This document shows, one piece after another, positions 27,868 through 38,639 of a stretch of 64,000 nt of DNA (its first letter is position 1; the number at the start of each line of letters is the position of its first letter). The position numbers and the translations under genes are program-made. The stretch lies in NCBI GenBank assembly GCA_013297725.1, contig JAAFIB010000002.1:45212-109211 (forward strand), in the 5' to 3' direction. The notes under the pieces are model-generated. The model made no database searches and was not told the origin of the DNA. It worked only from the letters and a program-made list of their open reading frames with translations. The stretch is from Sphingomonadales bacterium (GTDB taxonomy: Bacteria; Pseudomonadota; Alphaproteobacteria; Sphingomonadales; Sphingomonadaceae).

Positions 27868-28153
27868 TATTGAAATCCTAGAACGCGCACAGGACGATAT
27901 TTTCAACATCATCGAATATGGCACCGCAGCGCATGGCGAAGCAACAGCGCGCGAATATGTCAGCAAAATTAGCGCCCGCATAAACTGGCTAAGCGCCAAT
28001 GCAGGACTCGGTCCCGTGCACAGCGAATTGCGCGGCGGGATCAGGTCTTTCCGCCAAGGTCAGCACCGGATTTATTATGTAGCGAATGCAGAACGACTGA
28101 CTGTGGTTAGGGTGCTGCATGTTGCGATGGATGTTGCGCAACAGTTTGGGTGA
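27860..28153 (+). CDS. ParE/RelE family toxin
   Basis: TTG start overlapping parD; 'AQDDIFNI.EY', 'HRIYY...VVRVLH.AMD'. Confidence 0.88.
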   Translation: MLDIEILERAQDDIFNIIEYGTAAHGEATAREYVSKISARINWLSANAGLGPVHSELRGGIRSFRQGQHRIYYVANAERLTVVRVLHVAMDVAQQFG

Positions 28154-28165
28154 CGGAAGTTAAAT

Positions 28166-28735
28166 CTAAACGGGCTTCAATGCGATCCATGGTTCAGTCG
28201 GCAATATGAGTGTTATCGTGTCATTCAAGCTCACCAAGCCGCTGATTAGGACGATAGCCATAACCCCGCCTTTTCTGATCAAACTACCGTCATCGGCTTT
28301 ATCCAGCAACGCATCCATCAATCCTGGTGTATGCCCGTTAATTTGATGGCACGGATTGCGAAGACCAGTGATTTCAAGCTTCGCGCCAGACGGAAACAGC
28401 AGCAAGCTTCCGGTTGGAAGCGCCAACAGATCAATGCCGTGCGTCAGGATATTTTCGCCGAGCTCTCCGGCTTTGACGGAAAATCCCCGTGATACCAGCT
28501 CATCGAAGAGCTCTGCATGGATCAAATGCACTTGCCGCAAATTCGGTTGGCTGGGGTCTTTAGCAACTCTGCTGCGGTGTTTGACGGTCACGCCGCGATG
28601 TGCGTCACCTTCAACGCCTTCCCCCGCAACCAGCATGATGGAGGAACGCGTTGTTTTTCCCAAGCCATGCCCGTCGCGCGCAGCAACCGCTAACACTACG
28701 CCCAACTCACTTCCTCCCAAACAGCTTCTCCACAT
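28166..28735 (-). CDS. MOSC domain protein
   Basis: 'GVEGDAH', 'RQVHLI', 'GENILT', 'TGLRNPC'; true start probably a few codons downstream. Confidence 0.88.
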   Translation of the reverse strand: MWRSCLGGSELGVVLAVAARDGHGLGKTTRSSIMLVAGEGVEGDAHRGVTVKHRSRVAKDPSQPNLRQVHLIHAELFDELVSRGFSVKAGELGENILTHGIDLLALPTGSLLLFPSGAKLEITGLRNPCHQINGHTPGLMDALLDKADDGSLIRKGGVMAIVLISGLVSLNDTITLILPTEPWIALKPV

Positions 28736-30590
28736 CTCCCAGTGCCAGCTTCACCCATGTGGGCCTGCCGTGATTGCACTGCCCTGAATGCGGGGTCACT
28801 TCCATCTCTCGCAGCAGCGCGTTCATTTCGGCGACGTTTAGCACGCGGCCTGCGCGGACTGATCCGTGGCAGGCCATGGTCGCGGCGACATGGTCTATGC
28901 GTTCTTTTAAGGATAGCGCGTCGCCGTAAGCCGCGAGATCGTCGGCGAGGTCTGTGACAAGCCCTTTGATATCGCCGTCGCCAAGCATAGCGGGCACGCT
29001 GCGCACCAGCATCGCGGCGGGGCCAAAGCGTTCGATGTCTAGGCCGAATTCGGCAAGTTCGGCGGCGCGCCCCTCAAGCCGGTCGCAGGCCGGTTCGTCT
29101 AGCTCAACCACTTCAGGGACAAGCAAGCCTTGCGAGGCGATTGCGCCCTGTGTCGCGGCGGCGCGCATTCGTTCCAGCACCAGCCGTTCATGCGCGGCGT
29201 GTTGATCGACGATGACCAATCCGTCCTCGGCCTCTGCAATGATATAGGTGTTGGCGACTTGGCCGCGCGCGATGCCGAGCGGGTGGCTGGCGGAGTTGGG
29301 GACTGCTTGCGTGGCGGCTTCGGCACGGCCCATCAGAGGGGCGGCGAAGTAAGATAAGTTGTCCGAAACCAGCGAGCTTAGCCCCTCCCCTTCAGGGGAG
29401 GGGTTGGGGTGGGGGCTGTAAGGTTGGGGCCAGCCTCGTTCCCCCACCCCGCTGCGACTAAGCATCAAAGATGCTAAGTCTCGCTGCCCCTCCCCTGAAG
29501 AGGAGGGGTTAAAAAAGGCACCTTGGGCGGTGTGAATAGGCTCTTGTTGCCAAGCCGCCAACGCCGCCTCGGCAGGCCGTTGCACCGCACGAAATCCTGA
29601 TTGGTCGAGCGCATGGCGCAGCCCTGAAACAATCATCCCGCGCACCAAGGCAGGATCGCGAAAGCGAACCTCGGTTTTCGCCGGATGGACATTGACATCA
29701 ATTTCACTCGGCGGAATGTCGATGAATAGCGCAACAACCGCGTGCCGGTCTCGCGCCAGCATCTCGGCATAGGCGCCGCGCACTGCACCGACCAGCAACC
29801 GGTCTTTCACCGACCGGCCATTGACGAACAGATATTGGTGGTCGGCGACGCCGCGATTGAATGTCGGCAGTGAGGCGATACCACCCAGCGAAATTCCCTC
29901 ACGCTGAAAATCAAGAGCGACGCTGTTGTCGATCAGGTCGGCACTGGTCAACGCAGCGACGCGTTCTGGCTGCGTCATGCCGCCCTGCACCGACAAGGTC
30001 CGCCGCCCATCATGTTCTAGCACGAAACCGATTTCCGGCCTAGCCATCGCCAACCGTTTAACCGCATCAAGCGCGGCACCATATTCCGCCCGGGCGCTGC
30101 GCAAGAATTTCCGCCGCGCCGGAATGTTCGCAAACAGGTTCTCCACCCGAACCCGCGTTCCCGGCGGAATAGCGGTTGGCCCTTCACTGATCAGGACGCC
30201 ATGATCGACAACACGTTCCCAACCATCGCCGCTACCTTGGCCCGAATCTTTGGCTCGGCTTTGCATTGTAAATCGCGACACGCTGGCAATCGAAGGCAGC
30301 GCCTCTCCGCGAAAGCCCATTGTCGTCACTTGATCGATGTTATCATCGGGCAGTTTCGACGTTGCATGCCGTTCCAACGCCAATGCCATTTCGTCGCGAT
30401 CCATGCCGCAACCATCATCTGTCACCTCAACCAGATCGAAGCCACCGGTGGTCAGCCGGATCGAAATCTGGGTCGCGCCAGCATCAATTGCGTTTTCGAC
30501 CAGTTCTTTTAACGCACTGGCCGGTCTTTCGACCACTTCACCGGCTGCGATCCGGTTGATAAGCGCGTCTGGAAGCCTTCTTATTGACAT
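28707..30590 (-). CDS. mutL: DNA mismatch repair protein MutL, carrying an in-frame palindromic insert
   Basis: 'NRIAAGEVVERPASALKELVENAIDA', 'GFRGEAL', 'DQHAAHER', 'ACH', 'CNHGRP'. Confidence 0.97.
   Translation of the reverse strand: MSIRRLPDALINRIAAGEVVERPASALKELVENAIDAGATQISIRLTTGGFDLVEVTDDGCGMDRDEMALALERHATSKLPDDNIDQVTTMGFRGEALPSIASVSRFTMQSRAKDSGQGSGDGWERVVDHGVLISEGPTAIPPGTRVRVENLFANIPARRKFLRSARAEYGAALDAVKRLAMARPEIGFVLEHDGRRTLSVQGGMTQPERVAALTSADLIDNSVALDFQREGISLGGIASLPTFNRGVADHQYLFVNGRSVKDRLLVGAVRGAYAEMLARDRHAVVALFIDIPPSEIDVNVHPAKTEVRFRDPALVRGMIVSGLRHALDQSGFRAVQRPAEAALAAWQQEPIHTAQGAFFNPSSSGEGQRDLASLMLSRSGVGERGWPQPYSPHPNPSPEGEGLSSLVSDNLSYFAAPLMGRAEAATQAVPNSASHPLGIARGQVANTYIIAEAEDGLVIVDQHAAHERLVLERMRAAATQGAIASQGLLVPEVVELDEPACDRLEGRAAELAEFGLDIERFGPAAMLVRSVPAMLGDGDIKGLVTDLADDLAAYGDALSLKERIDHVAATMACHGSVRAGRVLNVAEMNALLREMEVTPHSGQCNHGRPTWVKLALGDVEKLFGRK
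29375..29512. repeat. REP-like element inside the mutL coding sequence
   Basis: Hairpins CCCCTCCCC-ttca-GGGGAGGGG (29382-29403), GACTAAGCATC/GATGCTAAGTC and CCCCTCC...GGAGGGG (29487-29508); same architecture as 16404-16554. Confidence 0.85.
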
Positions 30591-30776
30591 ATCCGCGCCC
30601 CTAGCCCAAGCGCCCGCTTCAAGCGAATCCTTTAATCTTAAGCAGGACCACGCGGCCCCTAAATTTTGCTGTTTTGAAATACAGCAATTTACTGTAGGGC
30701 GACGCGATTGTTCCGGGCCAGTTTTTACGGATATCAGCCCGCAATCCCAACAACCTTTATCCGGGTGGAAGAATAG

Positions 30777-31814
<1,038 letters not shown>

Positions 31815-31829
31815 AAGTGGAACAAGGGG

Positions 31830-32732
31830 ATGGCGCCGCCAATTCATCGGCGCCCGGGCTACTCCCGAAAAGCGCAGTATAGCCTGTTTGCAACCTATGT
31901 GCTGGCAATTGCCGGCACTGTGTTTGCGGCATTGCTGCTGCTGATCTCGATTGCTGATCCAACGGGATTTGCTGCGCTTCGTACGTCTGCAAGCGAAATA
32001 ACGGCGCCAGTATCGCGCTTTTTCGATTCGGTACGGCGCACCAGCATCGATATGGGCGATAATCTCTCCGCCTATTTTGATGCAGCATCAAAGAACAAAG
32101 CGATGGCGCAGCAGGCCGCACGAAACCGGACAAAGTTGATCGAGGCGGATGCGGTTCGGCTTGAAAACCGGCGTCTGCGCAGTCTGCTTGATCTTGTCGA
32201 AAGCGAAGAAGCGAATAAAGTCGCCATCGGCAGGTTGATCAGCAGCACCGCCTCTAGCAGCCGCCGGATCGCGACATTGTCAATCGGCAGCAATCAAGGT
32301 GTTGCGCCGGGTCAACCGGTGCGCGGCCCCAATGGCCTGATCGGGCGGATTATAGAGGCTGGGCCAAACACCGCCAAGGTTCTACTGATTTCCGACGCTG
32401 AAAATGTGATCCCTGTATTGCGCCTGCCCGACGGCCTGCCCGCGCTGGCCAGCGGTATGGGCAATGGCCTTGTCATGATCCGCCCCGTCGATCTGGGCGT
32501 GAACCCGTTCAAAAAAGGCGACATCATTTCGACATCGGGCAATGGCGGGCTGTATCCGCCCAATGTTCCCTATGCCCGGGTCATTCGCAGAACCTCTGAT
32601 GGCGCGATGGCTATGCCGCTGGCACCGCCGGGCAACAGCCCCTATGTAATAGTGATGCGCCCCTATCAGGAACCAGCCAAAGTAGCCCTCGACAAGGCGG
32701 TAGCAGAAAGCCCGGCAGCGGGTGGCGAATGA
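31830..32732 (+). CDS. mreC: Rod shape-determining protein MreC
   Basis: TM plus coiled coil ('ENRRLRSLL'), 'TSGNGGLYPP'; follows mreB. Confidence 0.92.
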   Translation: MAPPIHRRPGYSRKAQYSLFATYVLAIAGTVFAALLLLISIADPTGFAALRTSASEITAPVSRFFDSVRRTSIDMGDNLSAYFDAASKNKAMAQQAARNRTKLIEADAVRLENRRLRSLLDLVESEEANKVAIGRLISSTASSSRRIATLSIGSNQGVAPGQPVRGPNGLIGRIIEAGPNTAKVLLISDAENVIPVLRLPDGLPALASGMGNGLVMIRPVDLGVNPFKKGDIISTSGNGGLYPPNVPYARVIRRTSDGAMAMPLAPPGNSPYVIVMRPYQEPAKVALDKAVAESPAAGGE

Positions 32733-33286
32733 AGAACCAACTGCTCGCCACCGGCAGGAAAATGCTCGGCCCCGGCCGCGAATATGAAAGCCGTATAGAG
32801 CGCCATCAGTCTCCGCTGAAAATGCTGCTCATTCCGATTTTTTCGGTGATGGCAGGTTCAATGATAACGGCATTACCCCTATTCACCGATAGCCCTTTAT
32901 TGCCGCCTATGGGATATATGATGCTGCTGGCATGGCGGCTGATGCGTCCGGGTATCTGGCCCGCTTGGGTCGGACTGCCCTTTGGACTTTTTGACGATCT
33001 ATACAGCGGGCAACCGTTTGGTAGCGCCGCGTTAATATGGTCGCTGACGATGCTGGTGATCGAGATCGTTGATTCCCGTGCAATCTGGCGCGACCATGTG
33101 CAGGATTGGATTTTGGCGGCTGTCGCCATAATGCTATCAATCTTGGGCGGAGTAGCTTTGTCCAGCCTTGCTCACCGCGCCCCGGATGTCACTGTCGTTT
33201 TCCCGCAGATCGTCATCTCCATCCTGATATTCCCGTTGGTCGTGCGCCTGTGCGCTCGCTTTGATAATTGGCGGCTAGCGGCATGA
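32729..33286 (+). CDS. mreD: Rod shape-determining protein MreD
   Basis: Hydrophobic, 'GLFDDLYSG.P.G'; operon position. Confidence 0.88.
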   Translation: MKNQLLATGRKMLGPGREYESRIERHQSPLKMLLIPIFSVMAGSMITALPLFTDSPLLPPMGYMMLLAWRLMRPGIWPAWVGLPFGLFDDLYSGQPFGSAALIWSLTMLVIEIVDSRAIWRDHVQDWILAAVAIMLSILGGVALSSLAHRAPDVTVVFPQIVISILIFPLVVRLCARFDNWRLAA

Positions 33287-35172
33287 TCGAAAAACGCGCG
33301 CCAACATCGGGACAACTGGACATCAGCTTTAGCCGGCGGACTGCATTGGTCGGCGGGGTGCAGGCGACTATTGGCGTCGTGGTTGCTGCGCGCATGGGCT
33401 ATATCTCGATCTTTGAAAATGAACGGTACAAACTGCTTTCGGAAAGCAACCGTATCAACCTGACGCTGATCCCGCCCCGTCGCGGCTGGTTCATTGACCG
33501 GTTGGGTAAACCCATCGCCACCAACCGCGCCGATTTCCGCGTCGACATTATCCCGGATCGTTTGGTCGACAAAGACGCCACAGTGAAAACGCTGGCGCAA
33601 TTGCTGTCGCTTAATCAAGATGACGTCGATCGCATCTTAAAAGAAGTAACAGAGGCACAGGGCTTTCAACCTGTCGAGGTTGCCTCTGGTCTTGATTATG
33701 AAAGCTTTGCCCGGGTCAGTGTGCGCTTGCCCGACCTGCCCGGTGTCAGCCCGCGTCAGGGTTTTTCGCGGTATTATCCCAGTGGTGCTGCTGTTGGCCA
33801 TTTGCTTGGCTATGTCGGCGTCGTTTCGGCTGAGGAATATAAGCTGAAACGCGATCCCTTGATGATCACGCCTGGCTTTAAAATCGGCAAAGACGCACTG
33901 GAAAAAGCGTTTGAACCGCAGCTGCAGGGAAAGCCAGGGGCCAGACGTACCGAAGTAACAGCACGCGGCAAAATCGTGCGCGAACTATCGACGCGTAACG
34001 ACACGCCGGGAAAACCGGTGCAGTTGGCGATTAATGTCGACCTTCAGAATTTCGCTGCACGCCGGCTTGGTGCGGAGTCAGGATCGGTCGTTGTTATCGA
34101 CTGTCTAACAGGGGATATCGTTGCGATGGTCTCGATGCCCTGTTTCGATCCAAACAGCTTTTCTGAAGGCATCGGCCGGATGGAATGGGAGATGTTGAGT
34201 AAGGACGAACGCGTTCCTTTGCGCAATAAATCGCTGCAAGGGCTTTATCCGCCGGGCTCAACGCTGAAACCAATGGTCGGCCTTGCGCTGATGAAAAATG
34301 GTGTAGACCCCGACGAAACAGTATCATGCGGCGGTGGCTATCGTTTGGGCAATCGTGTGTTCAAATGCCTTGGTCGCCATGGACCGATGAACATGACCAG
34401 CGCGATCATGAAAAGCTGCAACACCTATTTCTATTCGATGAGCAACCGGATCGGCTATGATGCCATCGCCCCGGTTGCCAAAGATTTAGGACTTGGACAA
34501 CGCTTTCCCCTGCCCTTTGCCTCGCAAAGCTTTGGCACTGTGCCCGACAGCACATGGAAGATGAAGAAATACGGCAAAGATTGGAGCAACGCGGACACGC
34601 TGAATGCTGCCATCGGCCAAGGCTATATGATTGCCAGCCCGTTTCAACTCGCTGTGATGGCCTCGCGCATTGCATCGGGACTAAAGCTTGAGCCAGACAT
34701 TATGCTGAAAAAGCGCAAACCTGCGCCGCATCTGATCTATCCGGAAGAACATCTGGCTGTTGTCCGTAAAGGCATGGACTTGGTCGTCAACGGCGCAGGC
34801 ACCGCTGTTCGTAGCAGGCTAGAGCTTGATGGCATCCAAATGGCCGGAAAGACAGGGACAGCGCAAGTCAAAGCAATCAAAGATGGTTTTCGCGGAAAAT
34901 CTGGTGCGTGGAAGTATCGCGACCACGGCTTGTTCGTCTGTTTCGCGCCAACTGTAAACCCGCGTTATGCAGCATCGGTCGTCATCGAACACGGCATGGG
35001 CGGCGCACGCGCAGCAGCACCCGTTGCCAAAGACGTGCTAACGTTCCTGTTCGATCCAGATAAAGCGATGGCATCGCTTGAAGCATTTGAAGCAGGCTGG
35101 GGCGGCGGCATTCAGGAACGGATGGATCGCCAATATGCAGCTTTTCTGGCATCGCGCGGCTCTGCGCCATGA
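33283..35172 (+). CDS. mrdA: Penicillin-binding protein 2
   Basis: 'PPRRG', SxxK 'YPPGSTLK', SxN 'KSCNTYF', 'GKTGTAQ'. Confidence 0.96.
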   Translation: MIEKRAPTSGQLDISFSRRTALVGGVQATIGVVVAARMGYISIFENERYKLLSESNRINLTLIPPRRGWFIDRLGKPIATNRADFRVDIIPDRLVDKDATVKTLAQLLSLNQDDVDRILKEVTEAQGFQPVEVASGLDYESFARVSVRLPDLPGVSPRQGFSRYYPSGAAVGHLLGYVGVVSAEEYKLKRDPLMITPGFKIGKDALEKAFEPQLQGKPGARRTEVTARGKIVRELSTRNDTPGKPVQLAINVDLQNFAARRLGAESGSVVVIDCLTGDIVAMVSMPCFDPNSFSEGIGRMEWEMLSKDERVPLRNKSLQGLYPPGSTLKPMVGLALMKNGVDPDETVSCGGGYRLGNRVFKCLGRHGPMNMTSAIMKSCNTYFYSMSNRIGYDAIAPVAKDLGLGQRFPLPFASQSFGTVPDSTWKMKKYGKDWSNADTLNAAIGQGYMIASPFQLAVMASRIASGLKLEPDIMLKKRKPAPHLIYPEEHLAVVRKGMDLVVNGAGTAVRSRLELDGIQMAGKTGTAQVKAIKDGFRGKSGAWKYRDHGLFVCFAPTVNPRYAASVVIEHGMGGARAAAPVAKDVLTFLFDPDKAMASLEAFEAGWGGGIQERMDRQYAAFLASRGSAP

Positions 35173-36281
35173 ACTCGATTGTCCCTGCCCCCATTGCGGC
35201 GCTGCCATGGCGGGTGATACTCATTCTGTTTGCTCTGGTCGCAATTGGCACAACGGTGCTGTACTCTGCTGCAGGCGGAAGCTTTCAGCCTTGGGCCGGA
35301 AAGCACATGCTGCGCTTTCTAGTTCTGGCCGCGATCACAATCGTCATGTCACGGATGCCGCTGGACTTCTGGAAATCAATCACCTTTCCGCTTTACGGTG
35401 TACTGATCCTGTTGCTGATCGCAGTGGAGATCGTTGGCTTTGCCGGTGGCGGCAGCCAGCGCTGGATCAACCTTGGCTTTATTTCGATCCAGCCCTCAGA
35501 AATTATGAAACCGGCCATTGTCCTCGCCGCCGCCTGGTTTTTTGACAAGCTGCCACCGGGTAAGATCAACACTCTGGATGCCATCTGGCCAATTGTGGCC
35601 TTGCTGGTGCTGCCAAGCTTCCTTGTTATCATCCAACCGGATTTTGACGCGGCTCTTGCTTATATATTCTGCGTCGTTGTCGTCGCTTTTCTCGCAGGCC
35701 TGCCCATCATATATTTCTGGGCCGGTGGCGCGGCCATTGCGGTGCTGGCGCCGATAGTGTTTTTCTTTGGTCTTCGTCCCTATCAGCAGGACCGGGTTTT
35801 GATCTTTATAAACCCCGAAAAAGATCCGCTAGGCGCTGGCTATCATATTACCCAATCCAAAATCGCCATCGGTTCGGGCGGCATTTTCGGAAAAGGGTTT
35901 GGCAACGGCACACAAAGCCATCTCGATTATCTGCCCGAGGGGCATACCGATTTTATCTTTGCAACTATGGCAGAGGAATGGGGCTTGATGGGCGGTATCG
36001 TCATCCTTTTCCTCTATTACCTGTTAATGCGCTGGGGGCTGACTGTGGCGATGCAAAGCCGCACGCGTTATGGCCAATTGGTCGCTGCGGGCCTCACCTG
36101 TACCATATTCTTCTACATGATGATCAATCTGCTGATGGTCGTTGGCTTTGCTCCAGTGGCGGGCTTGCCATTACCGTTCGTCAGCCATGGTGGTTCATCC
36201 ATGCTGACCATGATGATCTGTATCGGCATCATAATGTCAATCGAGCGCCACCCCGGAGCTCGGCGTGGACAATTGACCTAA
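35169..36281 (+). CDS. rodA: Rod shape-determining protein RodA (SEDS)
   Basis: 'SQRW...IQPSEIMK', 'QPDF', 'LPEGHTDFIF', 'PLPFVSHGGSS'. Confidence 0.96.
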   Translation: MNSIVPAPIAALPWRVILILFALVAIGTTVLYSAAGGSFQPWAGKHMLRFLVLAAITIVMSRMPLDFWKSITFPLYGVLILLLIAVEIVGFAGGGSQRWINLGFISIQPSEIMKPAIVLAAAWFFDKLPPGKINTLDAIWPIVALLVLPSFLVIIQPDFDAALAYIFCVVVVAFLAGLPIIYFWAGGAAIAVLAPIVFFFGLRPYQQDRVLIFINPEKDPLGAGYHITQSKIAIGSGGIFGKGFGNGTQSHLDYLPEGHTDFIFATMAEEWGLMGGIVILFLYYLLMRWGLTVAMQSRTRYGQLVAAGLTCTIFFYMMINLLMVVGFAPVAGLPLPFVSHGGSSMLTMMICIGIIMSIERHPGARRGQLT

Positions 36282-36370
36282 TTACACCCGGTCTAGCTTG
36301 ACTCTGTGCAGAAATCGGGCCAATGGCGCGCTTCCGGTCGGCGCGGCGTATTTGCCCCGCGCCCGAATGG

Positions 36371-36446
<76 letters not shown>

Positions 36447-36511
36447 TTTCTTCTTTCAAATACAGATAATTACGGGTCGCGTTCGCCAATTGTCCTTCCG
36501 CGATTTATTTC

Positions 36512-36530
36512 TAGGTTCCGTATAGGTTCC
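36512..36530 (+). repeat. Tandem TAGGTTCC direct repeats (candidate integrase arm sites)
   Basis: 36512-36519 and 36523-36530, 11-bp period, 65 bp inside the tRNA end. Confidence 0.45.
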
Positions 36531-36641
36531 AGAAGCGAGGTGACTGATCTGGTCATCGATGGACGATGATGGACAAAACCGCACAAAAGCTAATTTGCTA
36601 AACCGAGTTGCGTGGCGATTCCATCCTGCTAAATTGAGATC

Positions 36642-37724
36642 ATGGGGCTGCAAGCTGTCGAATATGATATTTTCGAGTTTGTCGAGATGCGCTGCCGCGA
36701 ACTTAAGTCCGATGTCACCGCTGACGTCCTATTCGATGAAGCAAGCGGCCTCAGGAAAAAGATGGAGAGCCACAGGTCTCTCCGTTTTCATGCCGCATGG
36801 GTTGGGAGCCTGATCGGACTGTTGGGATGCGGGGCAGCAGCAATAGAAATCTCCAGTTCCTCATTGAACGGCATCTCCCTGGTTACAAGCGGGGCGGCGA
36901 TAGCACTCTCGTTTTGGCTGGGCCGCTTCTTCTTCCAAGGTGAGAGGCTTTGCAGGTTCAATCCGGCTAAATCAGCTCAGCAAAAATTCGAAATCGAACA
37001 CAGCAGCCTCCTTGATGAGGTTATAGATCCTATTCGGCATTCCCGCGCTCGGCTAGCAAAGCTATCCTCGACCGGCGAAGGTGTAGCTTTCACGCCTACT
37101 TCAAATCGACCAATTGAGAAGCATCTGTCCAATGAGGCACTTGATGATGCCTGGTTGCCCGGAGAAATATTGCATCAACCAATCGCCGACAACCATGCGA
37201 CCGCAGCGTACATCGTCATCTTGATGCAAGAGATTGCAAAGCCAGCCAGTTCTTCCAGGGACAAATGGAAGCGTTATTACCTCTGGCACCAAGAATCGGC
37301 GCTCGTAATGACGCTTTTTGATCGGGCCCAAGACATCTACCGGGAGGACAAGATAAAACGGATCAAAGCGCGCGTCGCCGTTCGCATGGTTGTCGAGCAT
37401 TTCAAGGATTGCCGCGAGAGAAATATCAAAGTGAAAAGTCAGCACGGGCTGGCAAAGGATCTGGTCGACCACCTGAAACTTGAGGCTAGCCGATTGGAAG
37501 CAAGTGGAGAAATTGACTATCGGGAATCGCTTTTGCTGGAACGCGTTGGGATGTCTGGCACGCTGAAATCCGGAGATCCTGCCGAGCCATCCTCTGTGAA
37601 AAACGACGCGCCTGAAAGCTGGTTTGAACAGTTGCTATCTGGCACGAACATGCAGATTCTTCCCGCCTTGCGAGTCGAAGCGCTCAAGGAGTTTCCGACG
37701 TTGCCGGAGTTCATTGAAGCCTAA
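36642..37724 (+). CDS. Hypothetical protein with two N-terminal TM helices
   Basis: 360-aa ORF; hydrophobic segments at about aa 51-68 and 78-98; no recognised family. Confidence 0.75.
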   Translation: MGLQAVEYDIFEFVEMRCRELKSDVTADVLFDEASGLRKKMESHRSLRFHAAWVGSLIGLLGCGAAAIEISSSSLNGISLVTSGAAIALSFWLGRFFFQGERLCRFNPAKSAQQKFEIEHSSLLDEVIDPIRHSRARLAKLSSTGEGVAFTPTSNRPIEKHLSNEALDDAWLPGEILHQPIADNHATAAYIVILMQEIAKPASSSRDKWKRYYLWHQESALVMTLFDRAQDIYREDKIKRIKARVAVRMVVEHFKDCRERNIKVKSQHGLAKDLVDHLKLEASRLEASGEIDYRESLLLERVGMSGTLKSGDPAEPSSVKNDAPESWFEQLLSGTNMQILPALRVEALKEFPTLPEFIEA

Positions 37725-37804
37725 TTTCACCAATTGGTGACCAAGCCCTTCTACACCTGCCCCGATTCGTCCAAATCTGCACCTCCATGATGAAGGAGGT
37801 GAAA

Positions 37805-38011
37805 ATGCCAATCCAACCAAGTGACGGTTTGGTCGATATGAAGGGCCTGATGGCGCTACTTAGCGTCAAGTCGCGTAGTTCGATCTACCGCTACATTTCT
37901 GAGAACCCGGCCTTCCCAAAACCGGTCAAGCTTTCTCGCCATAGCGGACGAGTGAAATTCAAGATCAGCGATGTGACGCGGTTCATTGACGCAGCGGACG
38001 CATCGGAATGA
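37805..38011 (+). CDS. AlpA family regulator / excisionase-like
   Basis: AAGGAGG RBS; 'SRSSIYRYISE.P.FPKPVKL...V.F...DV..FI'. Confidence 0.88.
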   Translation: MPIQPSDGLVDMKGLMALLSVKSRSSIYRYISENPAFPKPVKLSRHSGRVKFKISDVTRFIDAADASE

Positions 38012-38348
38012 CCCTGATCGTTGCATCAGCCTTAGAGCCGCATAGGTTGGCGCGAGGCCTAGCGGGTTGGTATGGTCCGATTGATGCGGCGAACACCATC
38101 TACAGCAACAAGCCAAGGGATAGGAGATCACACCTAACGCCGTCAGTTGACGGCTATGTGGCGCAGAATCTCGCGCCTAACCGGCGACTTACCAAAGCCG
38201 CAACGTGCGTGTGCCGTCTGGTATGTCCATATACCATAGTGCGATTAGAACCTGATTTCTGCGGCATACAGCACCATCGCACAGCGCGAACAGTGCTGCA
38301 CATTGCGAGATCCACAGCGCTAGGAATTTGCCCTTTCGGAGGCCTGTC

Positions 38349-38639
38349 ATGTCGCGTCATCCACTAACTGTTTACTTGGAACGAGACCAGCTTCTGGCCA
38401 TCGAAAAACAAGCCCGCGCCGCAGGAATGGCCAAGAGTGCCTGGGCTGGACAGACGCTTGTTCGGGGATTGGGAGGGTCAGGATCAGAGTCAGCGCTTCT
38501 GCTCGATCAAACCTTGAAGGTAAGGGCGACGCTTGAAGAACTTGTGGCAGCCCACCCGCAAAAAGAGGTGATCCGCAAACGAACCGCACTTCGCGTAGAG
38601 CGTTATCTGGCGAAGGCAAGAGGAGTAGTGAACACATGA
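38349..38639 (+). CDS. Ribbon-helix-helix relaxosome accessory protein (TrwA/MobC-like)
   Basis: GGAGG RBS; RHH pattern 'LTVYL-ERDQLLAIEKQARAAG-MAKSAWAGQTL'; lies upstream of the relaxase. Confidence 0.7.
   Translation: MSRHPLTVYLERDQLLAIEKQARAAGMAKSAWAGQTLVRGLGGSGSESALLLDQTLKVRATLEELVAAHPQKEVIRKRTALRVERYLAKARGVVNT

Noticed and set aside
38008-38367. 119-aa + strand ORF after alpA
   Set aside because: No RBS or recognisable motif, overlaps the RHH gene, and the region is repeat-rich like an oriT or promoter.
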